Shown here: one piece after another, positions 45,663 through 55,120 of the stretch | How positions within the stretch are numbered: the stretch's first letter is position 1 | Layout of the letters: each line of letters begins with the position of its first letter | Virus record (IMG/VR): IMGVR_UViG_3300011439_000016 | Coordinates: 1 to 60,889 of that record | From: a virus | Lineage: Duplodnaviria; Caudoviricetes | Length of the DNA: 60,889 nucleotides | Reading direction: 5' to 3' (one strand) | Made by a program: the position numbers and the translations under genes | Notes under the pieces: model-generated | What the model was told of the DNA's origin: nothing | The model's input: only the letters and a program-made list of their open reading frames with translations | Databases searched by the model: none

Positions 45663-47668
45663 AGCTGGTATGGAATGCGATCGTCAAAAACGAAAGCGCG
45701 GTGATCGAACGCTGCGTTAAGTCACTATTGCCTCACATCGACGGCGCCGTCGTGGTCGACACCGGGTCGACCGACGGTACGCCGGAAAAGCTCAAGGAGC
45801 TGTTCGAAGCGGCTGGCAAGCCGCTCGAGATCACGCCTGCGCCGTTCAAGAACTTTGAACAGGCCCGCAACGAAGCCTTGCGGTGTGCGCGGTTGTCGCG
45901 GATGGAGTGGGACTACCTGCTGCTCGCTGACGCCGACATGGAGCTGCAGGTCACCAAGCAACCTTGGTTGAACGGCGAGAAGGGACTGTCTTATGACGTC
46001 CGACAAGTCGCCGGAACACTTGGATACTTTAATCGCCGACTTCTCAGCCGCGATGCTACTGGCTGGTACGTTGGGGTTACGCATGAATATCTGGATGTGG
46101 CAAGCGCCGGCCACCTGGATGGCGCAGAGTTCATCGATCATGCTGACGGGGCTAACCGACCCGACAAGATCAGCCGCGATATTGCCCTTCTGGAGGAAGC
46201 CCTCCAGACCGAAACTCGTTCAGGACTGATCGAGCGGTATCATTTTTATTTGGCGGGTTCGTATTATGACTTGGGCAATTGGGCAAAGGCTGCGGAGCAT
46301 TACGCAAAGCGTACGACGTTGGGCGGCTACGCCGAGGAGTGCTGGTACGCTCAGATGCGGCTCGCGCTGTGTCGCAAGCAGATGGGTGACCTCCCAGGTT
46401 TTCTGTCAAACATGCTCGCTGCCTATCGGATGCGACCCCAGCGTGCAGAAGTGCTGTACGAACTCGCTCGATATTATCGTGAGCAAGGGGACAATTTTAC
46501 CAGTCTGCTATTTTCTGAAGCAGGTCTGCAGGTGCCGCATGCCAAGACCGATTTACTGTTCGTCAATGATTGGGCTTACAAGTCCGGTATAAAGGAAGAG
46601 TTCTCGATCTGCGCCTACTACGACGAGCGCAAGCGCGCTGCCGGCGCCAAGATGTGCAACGAGCTGGCGCTAGCCGGCAGCGAGCAGGCCCGCGGCAATC
46701 TGTATTGGTATCTTAAGTCGCTGCGTGAGCACGTTCCGTCGTTTGTGCCGAAGCAGATTCCGTTCACCCCGCCGGAAGGTTACGTCGCGACCAATCCGTC
46801 GGTGGTCAATTGCGTTGCGTGCGGCGAGATCCCGATGATCCTGGTGCGGACGGTCAACTACACCATCACGCCGGAGGGACAATATGTCATTCAGGGAACC
46901 GATGGGACTTGCAATAACAGCAACCCTATTAATACTCGTAATTATGTACTTCGTGTTCGGGATGATGTTTTAGAGACGCACGAGCTGGGGCTGCCGAGAA
47001 ACTGGCCCGAACCATTGTATCCGCTGGTGCGCGGGTTCGAGGACAGCCGGCTGTTCTTGTTGAACAACCGGCCGTGGACGTCGTCCACGGTGCGCGAGCT
47101 AACGTCCGAGGGTTGGTGCGAACAGGTGCTGGCGCCGATCACCGTCAACGAGTCGTTGGCCGCCGACATGCCCAACTGGCGCTATGGCACCAACTATTAT
47201 CGCGTTCTGCCCAAGGTTCGCCAGCACGAGAAGAACTGGATGCCGTGGGTGCAGAAGAGCGGCAGGCTGCTGTTCGTATACCGGCTTGGCACGCTGATCG
47301 ACGAAACCGGCGAGATCGTTCGCAACCACGATGTCGACTTCGATGTCAGCCGCATCAGCGGCGGGTCGCAGGTCATCGAGGTGATGGGCAACTACATCGC
47401 GGTGGTGCATGAGGCGCGGCATATCCCCGGACGGCCTTACAACCGCTTCTACCAGCACCGGTTTGTGCGGTTCAGTGACGCCGGCGAGGTGATGGGGATC
47501 TCGCCAGCGTTCTATCTGCACGACAAGCAGATCGAGTTCGTGGCGGGCCTCGCTTACTTCCCGAAGAGCAAGCAGCTGATGATCAGCTACGGGGTGCGCG
47601 ACTGCGAGGCGTGGACCGCAACCATGGACCCCGACGAGGTGCTTAATTTTATAGAAAGCGGATCATGA
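45659..47668 (+). CDS. GT2-family glycosyltransferase + TPR repeats + C-terminal beta-propeller-like domain
   Basis: IVKNE...VVDTGSTDGT, ARN, DAD motif, VTHE; TPR helices; FEDSRL/EKNWMP motifs. Confidence 0.88.
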   Translation: MKLVWNAIVKNESAVIERCVKSLLPHIDGAVVVDTGSTDGTPEKLKELFEAAGKPLEITPAPFKNFEQARNEALRCARLSRMEWDYLLLADADMELQVTKQPWLNGEKGLSYDVRQVAGTLGYFNRRLLSRDATGWYVGVTHEYLDVASAGHLDGAEFIDHADGANRPDKISRDIALLEEALQTETRSGLIERYHFYLAGSYYDLGNWAKAAEHYAKRTTLGGYAEECWYAQMRLALCRKQMGDLPGFLSNMLAAYRMRPQRAEVLYELARYYREQGDNFTSLLFSEAGLQVPHAKTDLLFVNDWAYKSGIKEEFSICAYYDERKRAAGAKMCNELALAGSEQARGNLYWYLKSLREHVPSFVPKQIPFTPPEGYVATNPSVVNCVACGEIPMILVRTVNYTITPEGQYVIQGTDGTCNNSNPINTRNYVLRVRDDVLETHELGLPRNWPEPLYPLVRGFEDSRLFLLNNRPWTSSTVRELTSEGWCEQVLAPITVNESLAADMPNWRYGTNYYRVLPKVRQHEKNWMPWVQKSGRLLFVYRLGTLIDETGEIVRNHDVDFDVSRISGGSQVIEVMGNYIAVVHEARHIPGRPYNRFYQHRFVRFSDAGEVMGISPAFYLHDKQIEFVAGLAYFPKSKQLMISYGVRDCEAWTATMDPDEVLNFIESGS

Positions 47669-48384
47669 TCGTCGCCATCACCGCGTACGTTCCGATCCCC
47701 GGTCATCCGCGATCGGCTGACGAGTACCATCGTCTGGGTGGGCCGCTGATCAATCTTGCGTTCGAGGCGCCGCTGTTGTCGCGGCAGGCAAAGCTCGAGG
47801 ATTGCTGGCTGTATAAGTTCATCGATCGGGCTTACGAAGATCCTGACGTCGTCACGCATTCGGTGTCCGATAACCCAAAGAAGAATTCGCTCGCCTACCA
47901 TATCGTGCAGGCGCAGAAGACCGAGTTTCTGGTCGACGCGGCGAAAGCCTGCGAAATGAAGCCGGACGTCTACGTCTGGATCGACTACGGCATCTTGCAT
48001 GTCCCCGGTGTGACGCCGGAGATCATTAAGGAATTCCTGAAGCGCGCCGACGGCGAGCAGGCGATCGCGATCCCCGGCTGCTGGGGGACGGACTACACCT
48101 ACAATGACGAGCACCCGTGCTGGCGGTTTTGCGGCGGCGTGATGGTGGTGCCGCGCGAGCATTTGATCGCGTTCGACGAGGCAATGAAGCGCGAGTACAC
48201 CCGATGGCTCTACCGGCACAACCATGTGACGTGGGAGGTCAACACGTTGGCGCGGGTTGAGCGGCGTGAGGAGCTGCCGATCTGGTGGTACAAGGCCGAT
48301 CACAACGAATCGTTGTTCACCAATTATCAGGCTTCGTATTACGCCGATGCCCGTGCGCGGGAGGGAATTCACCTCCATGGCTGA
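47665..48384 (+). CDS. HtrL/WlaTC-like glycosyltransferase
   Basis: KTEFL...YVWIDYGI...WRFCGG...TWEVN. Confidence 0.7.
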   Translation: MIVAITAYVPIPGHPRSADEYHRLGGPLINLAFEAPLLSRQAKLEDCWLYKFIDRAYEDPDVVTHSVSDNPKKNSLAYHIVQAQKTEFLVDAAKACEMKPDVYVWIDYGILHVPGVTPEIIKEFLKRADGEQAIAIPGCWGTDYTYNDEHPCWRFCGGVMVVPREHLIAFDEAMKREYTRWLYRHNHVTWEVNTLARVERREELPIWWYKADHNESLFTNYQASYYADARAREGIHLHG

Positions 48385-49582
48385 CTGGCGGGTGGCACAT
48401 TCGCTGGAAAAGCTGCGCTCGCAGATCAACACGGCACGCCCCAAACGATCCAAGTCGAGCGACGGCTCGATCGGTGACGCCGCCCACGCCTCGAGGTCCA
48501 GCGATCACAATCCGTGGATTTCAGACGGCACCATGGGCGTGGTGTCGGCGATCGATCTTACTCACGATCCGAAAGGGGGGTTCGACAGCTATGCATGCGC
48601 GGAAATGTTGCGCACCAAGAAGGACAAGCGGATCAAGTACGTCATCAGTAATAAGCGGATCTTCAGCTCGACCACGCAGCCTTGGGTCTGGCGCGCTTAT
48701 ACGGGGTCGAATCCACATTCACAGCATGTCCACGTTAGCGTTATGTCGACCAAGTCGCAGTTCGACAACGTGGCGGAATGGGATCTGGGCGATCTGTTCA
48801 GCGGTGAAGCCCCGACTGGGCCGCCGACGGTGGAGACACCGATCCTGCGCCGCGGCGACAAGGGGCCGGACGTCGCGGCGTTGCAGGCGATGCTGGGGAT
48901 CGAAGATGACGGCTACTTCGGACCCGACACTGAGGCGGCTGTTACGCTATTTCAGCGCCAGCGCGGGCTGGAAGCCGACGGCATTGTCGGTGGCTACACC
49001 TGGGCCGAACTGGAGAAGCAGTCGGAGTCGCCAGAGCCGATCAACAACCAGGTGATGACCAACATCGTCTGCACCATGTTCGGTGGGTCGGCCGACCCGA
49101 ACACCTCGGCCTACGACGAGAATCACGTCATTTCCGATGCCGAACTGGGATGCGCGCTGCCGTACCGCTTCCCAGGCGCGCGGCCCAAGGTGAAGATCAC
49201 CAACCGAGCCAACGACAAGGTGGTGGTCTGCGACATCGTCGATGTCGGGCCGTGGAACATCAACGACAATTACTGGACGCTGCCGAAGGGCCGCCCCCAG
49301 GCCGAAACCGGCTGGGACATGAAGGGCCGCAAGACCAATCTGGCCGGCATCGACATCACGCCAGCGGCCAACAAGGCGATCGCGCTGAACGGCTTCGGCC
49401 GGGTCGATTGGGAATTCCAGCAGCCGCCCGACGGCACGGTGCCGGCACCGGACTACGACACGATGGCGCGTGCGGTTGAAGAGGTGGCGAAATGCTCTAA
49501 GGCGGTTGCTGATGCTTCAGCTGCCCTAGCGTCAGCGACTGCTGCACTTAACGAGATATTGGCAGCAGTCAGTAAGCCGTAA
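48377..49582 (+). CDS. Multidomain endolysin (Zn-peptidase-like + PG-binding + RlpA-like double-psi beta-barrel)
   Basis: SDHNP...AID...HxxHVHVS; LRRGDKG...DGYFGPDT...DGIVG; DVGPW...IDITPA. Confidence 0.8.
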   Translation: MADWRVAHSLEKLRSQINTARPKRSKSSDGSIGDAAHASRSSDHNPWISDGTMGVVSAIDLTHDPKGGFDSYACAEMLRTKKDKRIKYVISNKRIFSSTTQPWVWRAYTGSNPHSQHVHVSVMSTKSQFDNVAEWDLGDLFSGEAPTGPPTVETPILRRGDKGPDVAALQAMLGIEDDGYFGPDTEAAVTLFQRQRGLEADGIVGGYTWAELEKQSESPEPINNQVMTNIVCTMFGGSADPNTSAYDENHVISDAELGCALPYRFPGARPKVKITNRANDKVVVCDIVDVGPWNINDNYWTLPKGRPQAETGWDMKGRKTNLAGIDITPAANKAIALNGFGRVDWEFQQPPDGTVPAPDYDTMARAVEEVAKCSKAVADASAALASATAALNEILAAVSKP

Positions 49583-49933
49583 ATGGCGCCGATGAAGGCG
49601 ACGGTCGAGGAGACGTCGAAGCAGGTCGGCGTCTTCATGTCCATTATGAAGGACCAGCCGCTCAGTCTCGCGCTGGTCCTGATGAACTTTCTGCTGATGT
49701 TTTTCTTGTTTTACTCAGGGTCCGGGCGCAAAGACACGGTTAACATGATTGTAAAATGGCAGCAGGAAACCGATAAGCTGATGGCGTCGTGCGTCAGCGT
49801 CGACGTGATGAAGCTCGTGTTGGACTCGTCGCAGAAGGTCATCGAAGCTGAGAACACGATGCGCAAGCTCTTGCTGGAGCACGACAAGACCAGGGCCGGC
49901 ACGCCGCGAGAGGCACCGGAAACCGCTAGGTAA
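49583..49933 (+). CDS. Membrane protein, possible holin/spanin-like lysis accessory
   Basis: One TM helix; directly after endolysin. Confidence 0.5.
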   Translation: MAPMKATVEETSKQVGVFMSIMKDQPLSLALVLMNFLLMFFLFYSGSGRKDTVNMIVKWQQETDKLMASCVSVDVMKLVLDSSQKVIEAENTMRKLLLEHDKTRAGTPREAPETAR

Positions 49934-49944
49934 GGAGCAGTGAC

Positions 49945-50151
49945 ATGGCTGACGATGTTGAACAGATCAAAGTTCTGATGACTAAGGGGTTCGAGGAGGC
50001 GTTTATGAAGTCAATCGTGAATCTTTTTGGGGTTTACAGCGCCAACGTGGGGGTTACCGAGGGCCAGGCGGAACGCACCAAAAAGGGCATCGAAAACTCG
50101 GTCGAGGCGTATAGACTGGCTATGGAAGCTGTAAATTCATGGGATGGGTGA
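49945..50151 (+). CDS. Hypothetical protein
   Basis: RBS AAGGAG. Confidence 0.7.
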   Translation: MADDVEQIKVLMTKGFEEAFMKSIVNLFGVYSANVGVTEGQAERTKKGIENSVEAYRLAMEAVNSWDG

Positions 50152-50726
50152 TGTTGGATCATTCTGCAAGCAGCGGGCAGCACTCTTACAAAGATCGTGG
50201 GCCGGACTGCTACGAGACGCCGCCGGAGGCGGTGCACGCGCTGCAGAAGGTCGAGCATTTGCCGCCCAGGATCTGGGAGCCGGCATGCGGACCCGGCAGC
50301 ATCGTGAAGGTGTTACGTGCTGTTGGGCACGAGGTTTATGCGTCGGACTTGCATGCTTACGATGAGGCCCACGCCCAGCTGGATTTTTTGAAGGTTAAGT
50401 TTGAAGTCGATTTTCCGGGCGTGATTTTGACCAACCCGCCGTATCAGCACGCCCAGGCGTTCGTCGAGAAGGCGCTCGAGCTGTGTCCGAAGGTAATCAT
50501 GCTGCTTCGGCTGGCATTCCTTGAAAGCAACAAACGAACCAAAATCCTCGAGCAAAGCGGTTTGGTCCGCGTTCACGTTTTCCGTAACCGGCTGCCGATG
50601 ATGCACAGGAGGGGTTGGAATGGACCAAAAGCCAGCAGTGCCATCCCGTTCGCCTGGTTCGTCTGGGAACGGGGTTACAAAGGACCAATCGCCCTCGATC
50701 GAATTTCGTGGGAGCCATCCCCGTAG
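50151..50726 (+). CDS. SAM-dependent DNA amino-methyltransferase
   Basis: YETP, WEPACGPG, NPPY, LLRLAFLES, FAWFVW. Confidence 0.85.
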   Translation: MLDHSASSGQHSYKDRGPDCYETPPEAVHALQKVEHLPPRIWEPACGPGSIVKVLRAVGHEVYASDLHAYDEAHAQLDFLKVKFEVDFPGVILTNPPYQHAQAFVEKALELCPKVIMLLRLAFLESNKRTKILEQSGLVRVHVFRNRLPMMHRRGWNGPKASSAIPFAWFVWERGYKGPIALDRISWEPSP

Positions 50727-50808
50727 GATGAGCCGCGAAGCCAGCCGGCATTACCCGTATAACCGGCTGTATTATTACTACCGGGGACGGAAACACTAGG
50801 AGGCTGTC

Positions 50809-50979
50809 ATGGGCTTTGGGCTGATCTTCTGGATTCTGATGCTGCTGTGGCTGGTGTACAGCGCGTGGGGCTGGTGGGCGCCGGGTCAGCCGAATTGGAT
50901 CTACGGCAACAGCGCATTCCTGTTCATTCTGTTTCTGCTGATCGGATGGCGGGTGTTTGGAGCACCAGTTCATCCATGA
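50809..50979 (+). CDS. Small two-TM membrane protein (holin candidate), 56 aa
   Basis: Read manually; RBS AGGAGG; MGFGLIFWILMLLWLV...FLFILFLLIGW. Confidence 0.7.
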   Translation: MGFGLIFWILMLLWLVYSAWGWWAPGQPNWIYGNSAFLFILFLLIGWRVFGAPVHP

Positions 50980-50989
50980 GGCGTGACGT

Positions 50990-51277
50990 TTGATTGCGTA
51001 TCCATCTTTGATCGTGCCGCCCAGCGCGTTCACGGTGTTGGGCAACGAATTGTTGCCCGAGACTTTGCCGGACGGCGCGGCGGTATTCCGCATGCAGCTA
51101 GCCTGCACCTGCGGCAAGCACCCGTATATTTGCGTTGTCGTAGACGATGTTGCCGCGTTTAAGCGTGTGGCGTTCTGGCAGGAGCTTTGGAAGCATATGT
51201 ACGCGCACGAAAAGGCGGAATGCCAGCGCGAGGGTAGGGAGTTCACTCCCGATCTGGCATGGGAGCCGCTGCCGTGA
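50990..51277 (+). CDS. Hypothetical protein
   Basis: ORF track; TTG start. Confidence 0.5.
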   Translation: MIAYPSLIVPPSAFTVLGNELLPETLPDGAAVFRMQLACTCGKHPYICVVVDDVAAFKRVAFWQELWKHMYAHEKAECQREGREFTPDLAWEPLP

Positions 51278-51540
51278 ACGACATTCTGGACGACCTGCGC
51301 GACTTGTATCTGCAGGCGACCACCGAACGCAGCCACTACTACGTTGCCGGTGTCGTCGAGCGAGCGATCGCGGAAATCGAGCGTTTGCGCGGGTTGCGCG
51401 GGCCGTATTTTACCAAGGTGCAGTGGTTTGACCTGCCACTGGCGCTTCGGAAGCGGTGGTGGGAGGAGACCGGATACGGCAGCGCGGTGCCGTCCCCCGA
51501 ATTGCTGGCAACAATTAAAGCCGCCCTCAAACACACTTAA
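51274..51540 (+). CDS. Hypothetical protein
   Basis: GTGA-coupled; AIAEIERLR. Confidence 0.6.
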   Translation: MNDILDDLRDLYLQATTERSHYYVAGVVERAIAEIERLRGLRGPYFTKVQWFDLPLALRKRWWEETGYGSAVPSPELLATIKAALKHT

Positions 51541-51568
51541 CATTTCCTTAAGAATTAGCGGCTAGCCT
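51537..51568 (+). promoter_or_regulatory. CtrA-type box + GCTAGCCT -10-like element (head operon promoter)
   Basis: ttaa catttcc ttaa N9 gctagcct. Confidence 0.75.
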
Positions 51569-51604
51569 CCTTCCACAGTCCCCAGGTCTGTTAGGAGGAT
51601 TCAT

Positions 51605-51832
51605 ATGGTCGCGCCGACGAAGACCAAAGAAGCCCAGCACAACGTGACGTTCGCCGAGGGCGGCGACACCGCGATGTTCGGCAAGCAATCTGCAGGCCCG
51701 GACAAGCCCGGTAACACCGGTAAAGACACATCCGCAGCGCCTGGCCCGAAGTACGCGGCCGGCGGCTCGCACAAGATGTTCGGCTTTAACGGGTCGCAGC
51801 CCGCCAAGGCAGGCCAGACAGGCGCACGCTGA
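51605..51832 (+). CDS. Small Gly-rich head-module protein (FAEGG, YAAGG)
   Basis: RBS AGGAGG. Confidence 0.75.
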   Translation: MVAPTKTKEAQHNVTFAEGGDTAMFGKQSAGPDKPGNTGKDTSAAPGPKYAAGGSHKMFGFNGSQPAKAGQTGAR

Positions 51833-52053
51833 TGCCTCCTCGCATGGGCCAACCGTTGCGGTCGATGCGCCGGGTGTCGGGTCCGAAGCCTAAGCCGATG
51901 GACCCGTCCAAGGCGGTGCTGGCTGCGCCTCGCATCAAGGCCACCAGCACGCGCGAATACGGCAAGGGCGGCACGCCGTACTCCGGCGGCCCGGATGTGG
52001 GCGTCCGCGGTGCCGGGATCGGCTACGGAGGGTATGACCCCAATGTTTCATAG
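51832..52053 (+). CDS. Small basic hypothetical protein
   Basis: TGATG coupling. Confidence 0.6.
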   Translation: MPPRMGQPLRSMRRVSGPKPKPMDPSKAVLAAPRIKATSTREYGKGGTPYSGGPDVGVRGAGIGYGGYDPNVS

Positions 52054-52318
52054 CAAGCCATTCAAGAAGGACATCACGCCGTTCGCCAAGGGCGGCAAGG
52101 TGGTCAAGCACATCGGCAAGGGCGCGCGCGAGCAAACGCGCAGCTCCGGCGGGTACGAGACGCTGACCGGCGCCGACACGCTGGCGCGGGCGGCAAACAA
52201 TTATCCGAAGTCAGCGCCGGAGGCCCCGGCGGCGCCGGCGCCACCGGTTCCGATGGGTTCGCGCGGTGGCAGTGCTCCAACCGCGATGATGCCCCCGTCG
52301 ATCGGGGAGGAAGAGTGA
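52043..52318 (+). CDS. Small head-module protein (FAKGGKV)
   Basis: RBS GGAGG. Confidence 0.65.
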   Translation: MFHSKPFKKDITPFAKGGKVVKHIGKGAREQTRSSGGYETLTGADTLARAANNYPKSAPEAPAAPAPPVPMGSRGGSAPTAMMPPSIGEEE

Positions 52319-52527
52319 ATTCGACCGATAATCTGAAGACCAAAGCTCGTTTTCTACGGAATGCTGCACCACGGGCTTACGACGATTTTTTCGGTGCTTT
52401 CGCTGAGTACACCGCGAACACGATCGATGTTTTGACCGAAGTGACCGAGAACCTGTCGCTGTATCAGGGCCATGCGCAGCAGTGCAAAAAACTCATGAAA
52501 GTGCTCGAGGAGGTTAAAAATGGTTGA
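52315..52527 (+). CDS. Hypothetical protein
   Basis: Coupled; YQGHAQ motif typical upstream of scaffold genes. Confidence 0.7.
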   Translation: MNSTDNLKTKARFLRNAAPRAYDDFFGAFAEYTANTIDVLTEVTENLSLYQGHAQQCKKLMKVLEEVKNG

Positions 52528-53551
52528 CGTCGTCGTCGATCAGGTGCCCAAGGAAAAGCTGCCGTACGACCCCAACGACATCCCCGAGGCTGTCAGGAAG
52601 CGGGTCGCGCAGGTCGAATCCCTGTACACGCCGTCGGGTGATCCGCCGGCTCCACCCCCCACCCTTGAGTCTCCCCCGCAGGCGCAGGCAACGCCGGCCT
52701 CGCCCTCCGTTGCGCCGGCGGTACCTCCCGCTCCTGCCGCGCCTGCGGACTTAACCGACGAGAACGATCTGACGTGGAAGACCCGGTTCCTGGCGATGCA
52801 GGGGCGCTACGCCGCAACCCAGAAGACGATCGGCGAGATGCAGGAGCAGATGTCGCAGCTGGGCAACGAGCTGATGCACGCCCAGCAACAGAAGCCGCCG
52901 CAACCCAAACAGCGCCGGCAAGCGCAGAACTATCTGACCGATCAGGACGTCGAGAACTACGGACCCGAGCTGGTCGACCTGACCCAGCGCGCCGCGCTGC
53001 AGGCGGTGCAGCCGCAGATCCAAGAGGTCGAGCAGCAGAACGCCGCGCTGCGCAAGCAGCTCGCGATCGAAGCACGACGCCGGATGGACCAGGCTGTCGA
53101 GTTGGGCGTGCCGAACTACAAAGAGATCGATCGCAATCCGCGCTGGCACCGCTGGCTGTTGGGCGTTGACGTTTTGTCTGGACGTGTTAGACAGCAGTTG
53201 TTGAACGACGCTATCTCCGGCGGCTCTGCCCCCAGAGTGATATCGTTCTTCAAAGGCTTCCTCCAGGAGGAAGCAGCTACGGGTCACATCGAGCCAGCGC
53301 AGCAAGCCCCGGCAACAAGCGTTCCCAGGGAAGCGGCGGTACCACTGGCCTCTTTGGCGGCTCCTGGCAGGGCAAGGCCGGCGACTGGTGGCGACACCGG
53401 GGTGCCGCCCGACAAACCCATTTACACACGCGCTCAGATCGCGCAGCTGTATCGTATGCACCAAAAAGGTGCGTACACCGGCCGTGAGGCCGAGTGGGCA
53501 CGTCAAGACGCCGATATCATTGCAGCTGGTCGAGAAGGGCGCATCCGGTAA
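52520..53551 (+). CDS. Capsid scaffolding protein
   Basis: Pro-rich N-terminus, coiled coil, ends IIAAGREGRIR; precedes MCP. Confidence 0.75.
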   Translation: MVDVVVDQVPKEKLPYDPNDIPEAVRKRVAQVESLYTPSGDPPAPPPTLESPPQAQATPASPSVAPAVPPAPAAPADLTDENDLTWKTRFLAMQGRYAATQKTIGEMQEQMSQLGNELMHAQQQKPPQPKQRRQAQNYLTDQDVENYGPELVDLTQRAALQAVQPQIQEVEQQNAALRKQLAIEARRRMDQAVELGVPNYKEIDRNPRWHRWLLGVDVLSGRVRQQLLNDAISGGSAPRVISFFKGFLQEEAATGHIEPAQQAPATSVPREAAVPLASLAAPGRARPATGGDTGVPPDKPIYTRAQIAQLYRMHQKGAYTGREAEWARQDADIIAAGREGRIR

Positions 53552-53607
53552 CCGGGGGCTGCTCGATCGCGAACGCGCGGTAGTCCCCAAGCACAAGGGG
53601 CTATCAG

Positions 53608-54615
53608 ATGCCTGTTCCAACCGCTGGTTATCCCATTGCAACAGTGGGATCGACGACGCCGCTGACGCCTGTCGGCTCGACGGCCAATACCCTCCAAGCG
53701 ACCGGATTTATCCCGGAAATTTGGAGCGCGAAAATGGTCGAGAAGTTCTACGCCTCCACCGTCCTGTCGGCGATCTCCAACACCGACTATGAGGGCGAAA
53801 TCCAGAACATGGGCGATCGGGTCAAGATCCGAACCAAGCCCACCATCACCATCAAGGACTACCAGGCCGACGGTCTGCTTGGCCTCGACCGCCCGTCCGG
53901 CGGCTCGATCGAGCTGTACATCGGCATCGGCAAGTACTTCTCGCTGATCCTCGACGACGTGATGGAGATCCAGAGCGATCTCAATCTGCTCTCGATGTGG
54001 TCGGACGACGCGGCGCAGCAACTCAAGATCACGGTCGATCGCGATGTGCTGGGCGGCCTGGTCGGCGGCGCGCACGCCAAGAACAAGGGTGCGACGGCTG
54101 GTCTGATCTCCGGCAACCTCAACCTCGGCATCAAGGGCACCCCGGTGACGGTGGTGAAGGCGGCGCCGACGGCGGGTCAGGCGGACATCCTGGAAGTGCT
54201 GCTCCGTCTCGGCCAGTGCATGGACGAGCAGAACATCCCGGAAACCGGGCGTTGGGTGGTCATGTCGGCTGCTCTCGGGCGCTACCTCAAGCAGTCCGAG
54301 TTGAGGCAGGCTTACCTGTCCGGCGATCCGGTCTCGATGCTGCGCAACGGCCGGCTGGGCATGGTGGATCGGTTCACGATCTACATTTCCAACCTGCTGC
54401 CGTCTGCAGCGACCGACGCGACCAACTTCGCAGCCGGCGAGCAGCCGGTGTTTGCCGGACACGCGCACGGACTGACGTTCGCCTCGCAGATCTCCAAGGT
54501 GGAGACGCTGCGCAGCGAGCTGACCTTCGGGCAGATTTTGCGTGGCTTGCAGGTCTACGGTTACCAGATCGTCGACCCGACGGCGCTCTGCGAAGCCAAG
54601 GTCATTTTGGCTTAA
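53608..54615 (+). CDS. Major capsid protein
   Basis: FIPEIWS...NTDYEGEI..GDRVKI; RGLQVYG; P22-coat-like podoviral MCP motifs. Confidence 0.93.
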   Translation: MPVPTAGYPIATVGSTTPLTPVGSTANTLQATGFIPEIWSAKMVEKFYASTVLSAISNTDYEGEIQNMGDRVKIRTKPTITIKDYQADGLLGLDRPSGGSIELYIGIGKYFSLILDDVMEIQSDLNLLSMWSDDAAQQLKITVDRDVLGGLVGGAHAKNKGATAGLISGNLNLGIKGTPVTVVKAAPTAGQADILEVLLRLGQCMDEQNIPETGRWVVMSAALGRYLKQSELRQAYLSGDPVSMLRNGRLGMVDRFTIYISNLLPSAATDATNFAAGEQPVFAGHAHGLTFASQISKVETLRSELTFGQILRGLQVYGYQIVDPTALCEAKVILA

Positions 54616-54643
54616 CCATTCCTTAAGAATCGACCCCTAGACT
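54612..54643 (+). promoter_or_regulatory. CtrA-type box + CCTAGACT -10-like element (neck/tail operon promoter)
   Basis: ttaa ccattcc ttaa N9 cctagact. Confidence 0.75.
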
Positions 54644-54670
54644 CCTCCTGCAACGGAGGAGCCTAGGGCG

Positions 54671-55120
54671 ATGCCGACGTCTGCCAGCTATCACGGGAAT
54701 TTCAGCCACCGGGATCAGCCCACCTACAACAGTGTGGCCGATTACGTTGCTGACGCCCGAGTGATTCTGCAGGATTTGGTCCCAGACTATCGCTACGACG
54801 ACCCCAGCATGTTGATGGCGCTCAATGCGGCGCTGATCGAAGCGCGCCGGATCAAGCCGGAGCTGTTCGTTTACAATTTGGATACCGGCGGGCAGGTGCA
54901 GTCGTTCGAGGCGATCGACGACACCTACGTTGAAATTGAAACACAATTTCGGTTGGCCATCGTCCACGGAATCGTCGCTCACGCGCTTGAGCGTGATCAG
55001 GAGGATTACCAGGACCAGCGAGCGACAGCGTTCCTGGCGCTGTTCACGCAGGGGTTGGTCGGCAAGGCGCTAGGCGCCATAGTCGGCGGCTCGCCGCCGA
55101 AAGGTAAAGGTGGCGGATGA
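54671..55120 (+). CDS. Putative head-tail adaptor/neck protein
   Basis: Position after MCP; AR.ILQD...RY.D...LN.A...RIKPELF. Confidence 0.6.
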   Translation: MPTSASYHGNFSHRDQPTYNSVADYVADARVILQDLVPDYRYDDPSMLMALNAALIEARRIKPELFVYNLDTGGQVQSFEAIDDTYVEIETQFRLAIVHGIVAHALERDQEDYQDQRATAFLALFTQGLVGKALGAIVGGSPPKGKGGG

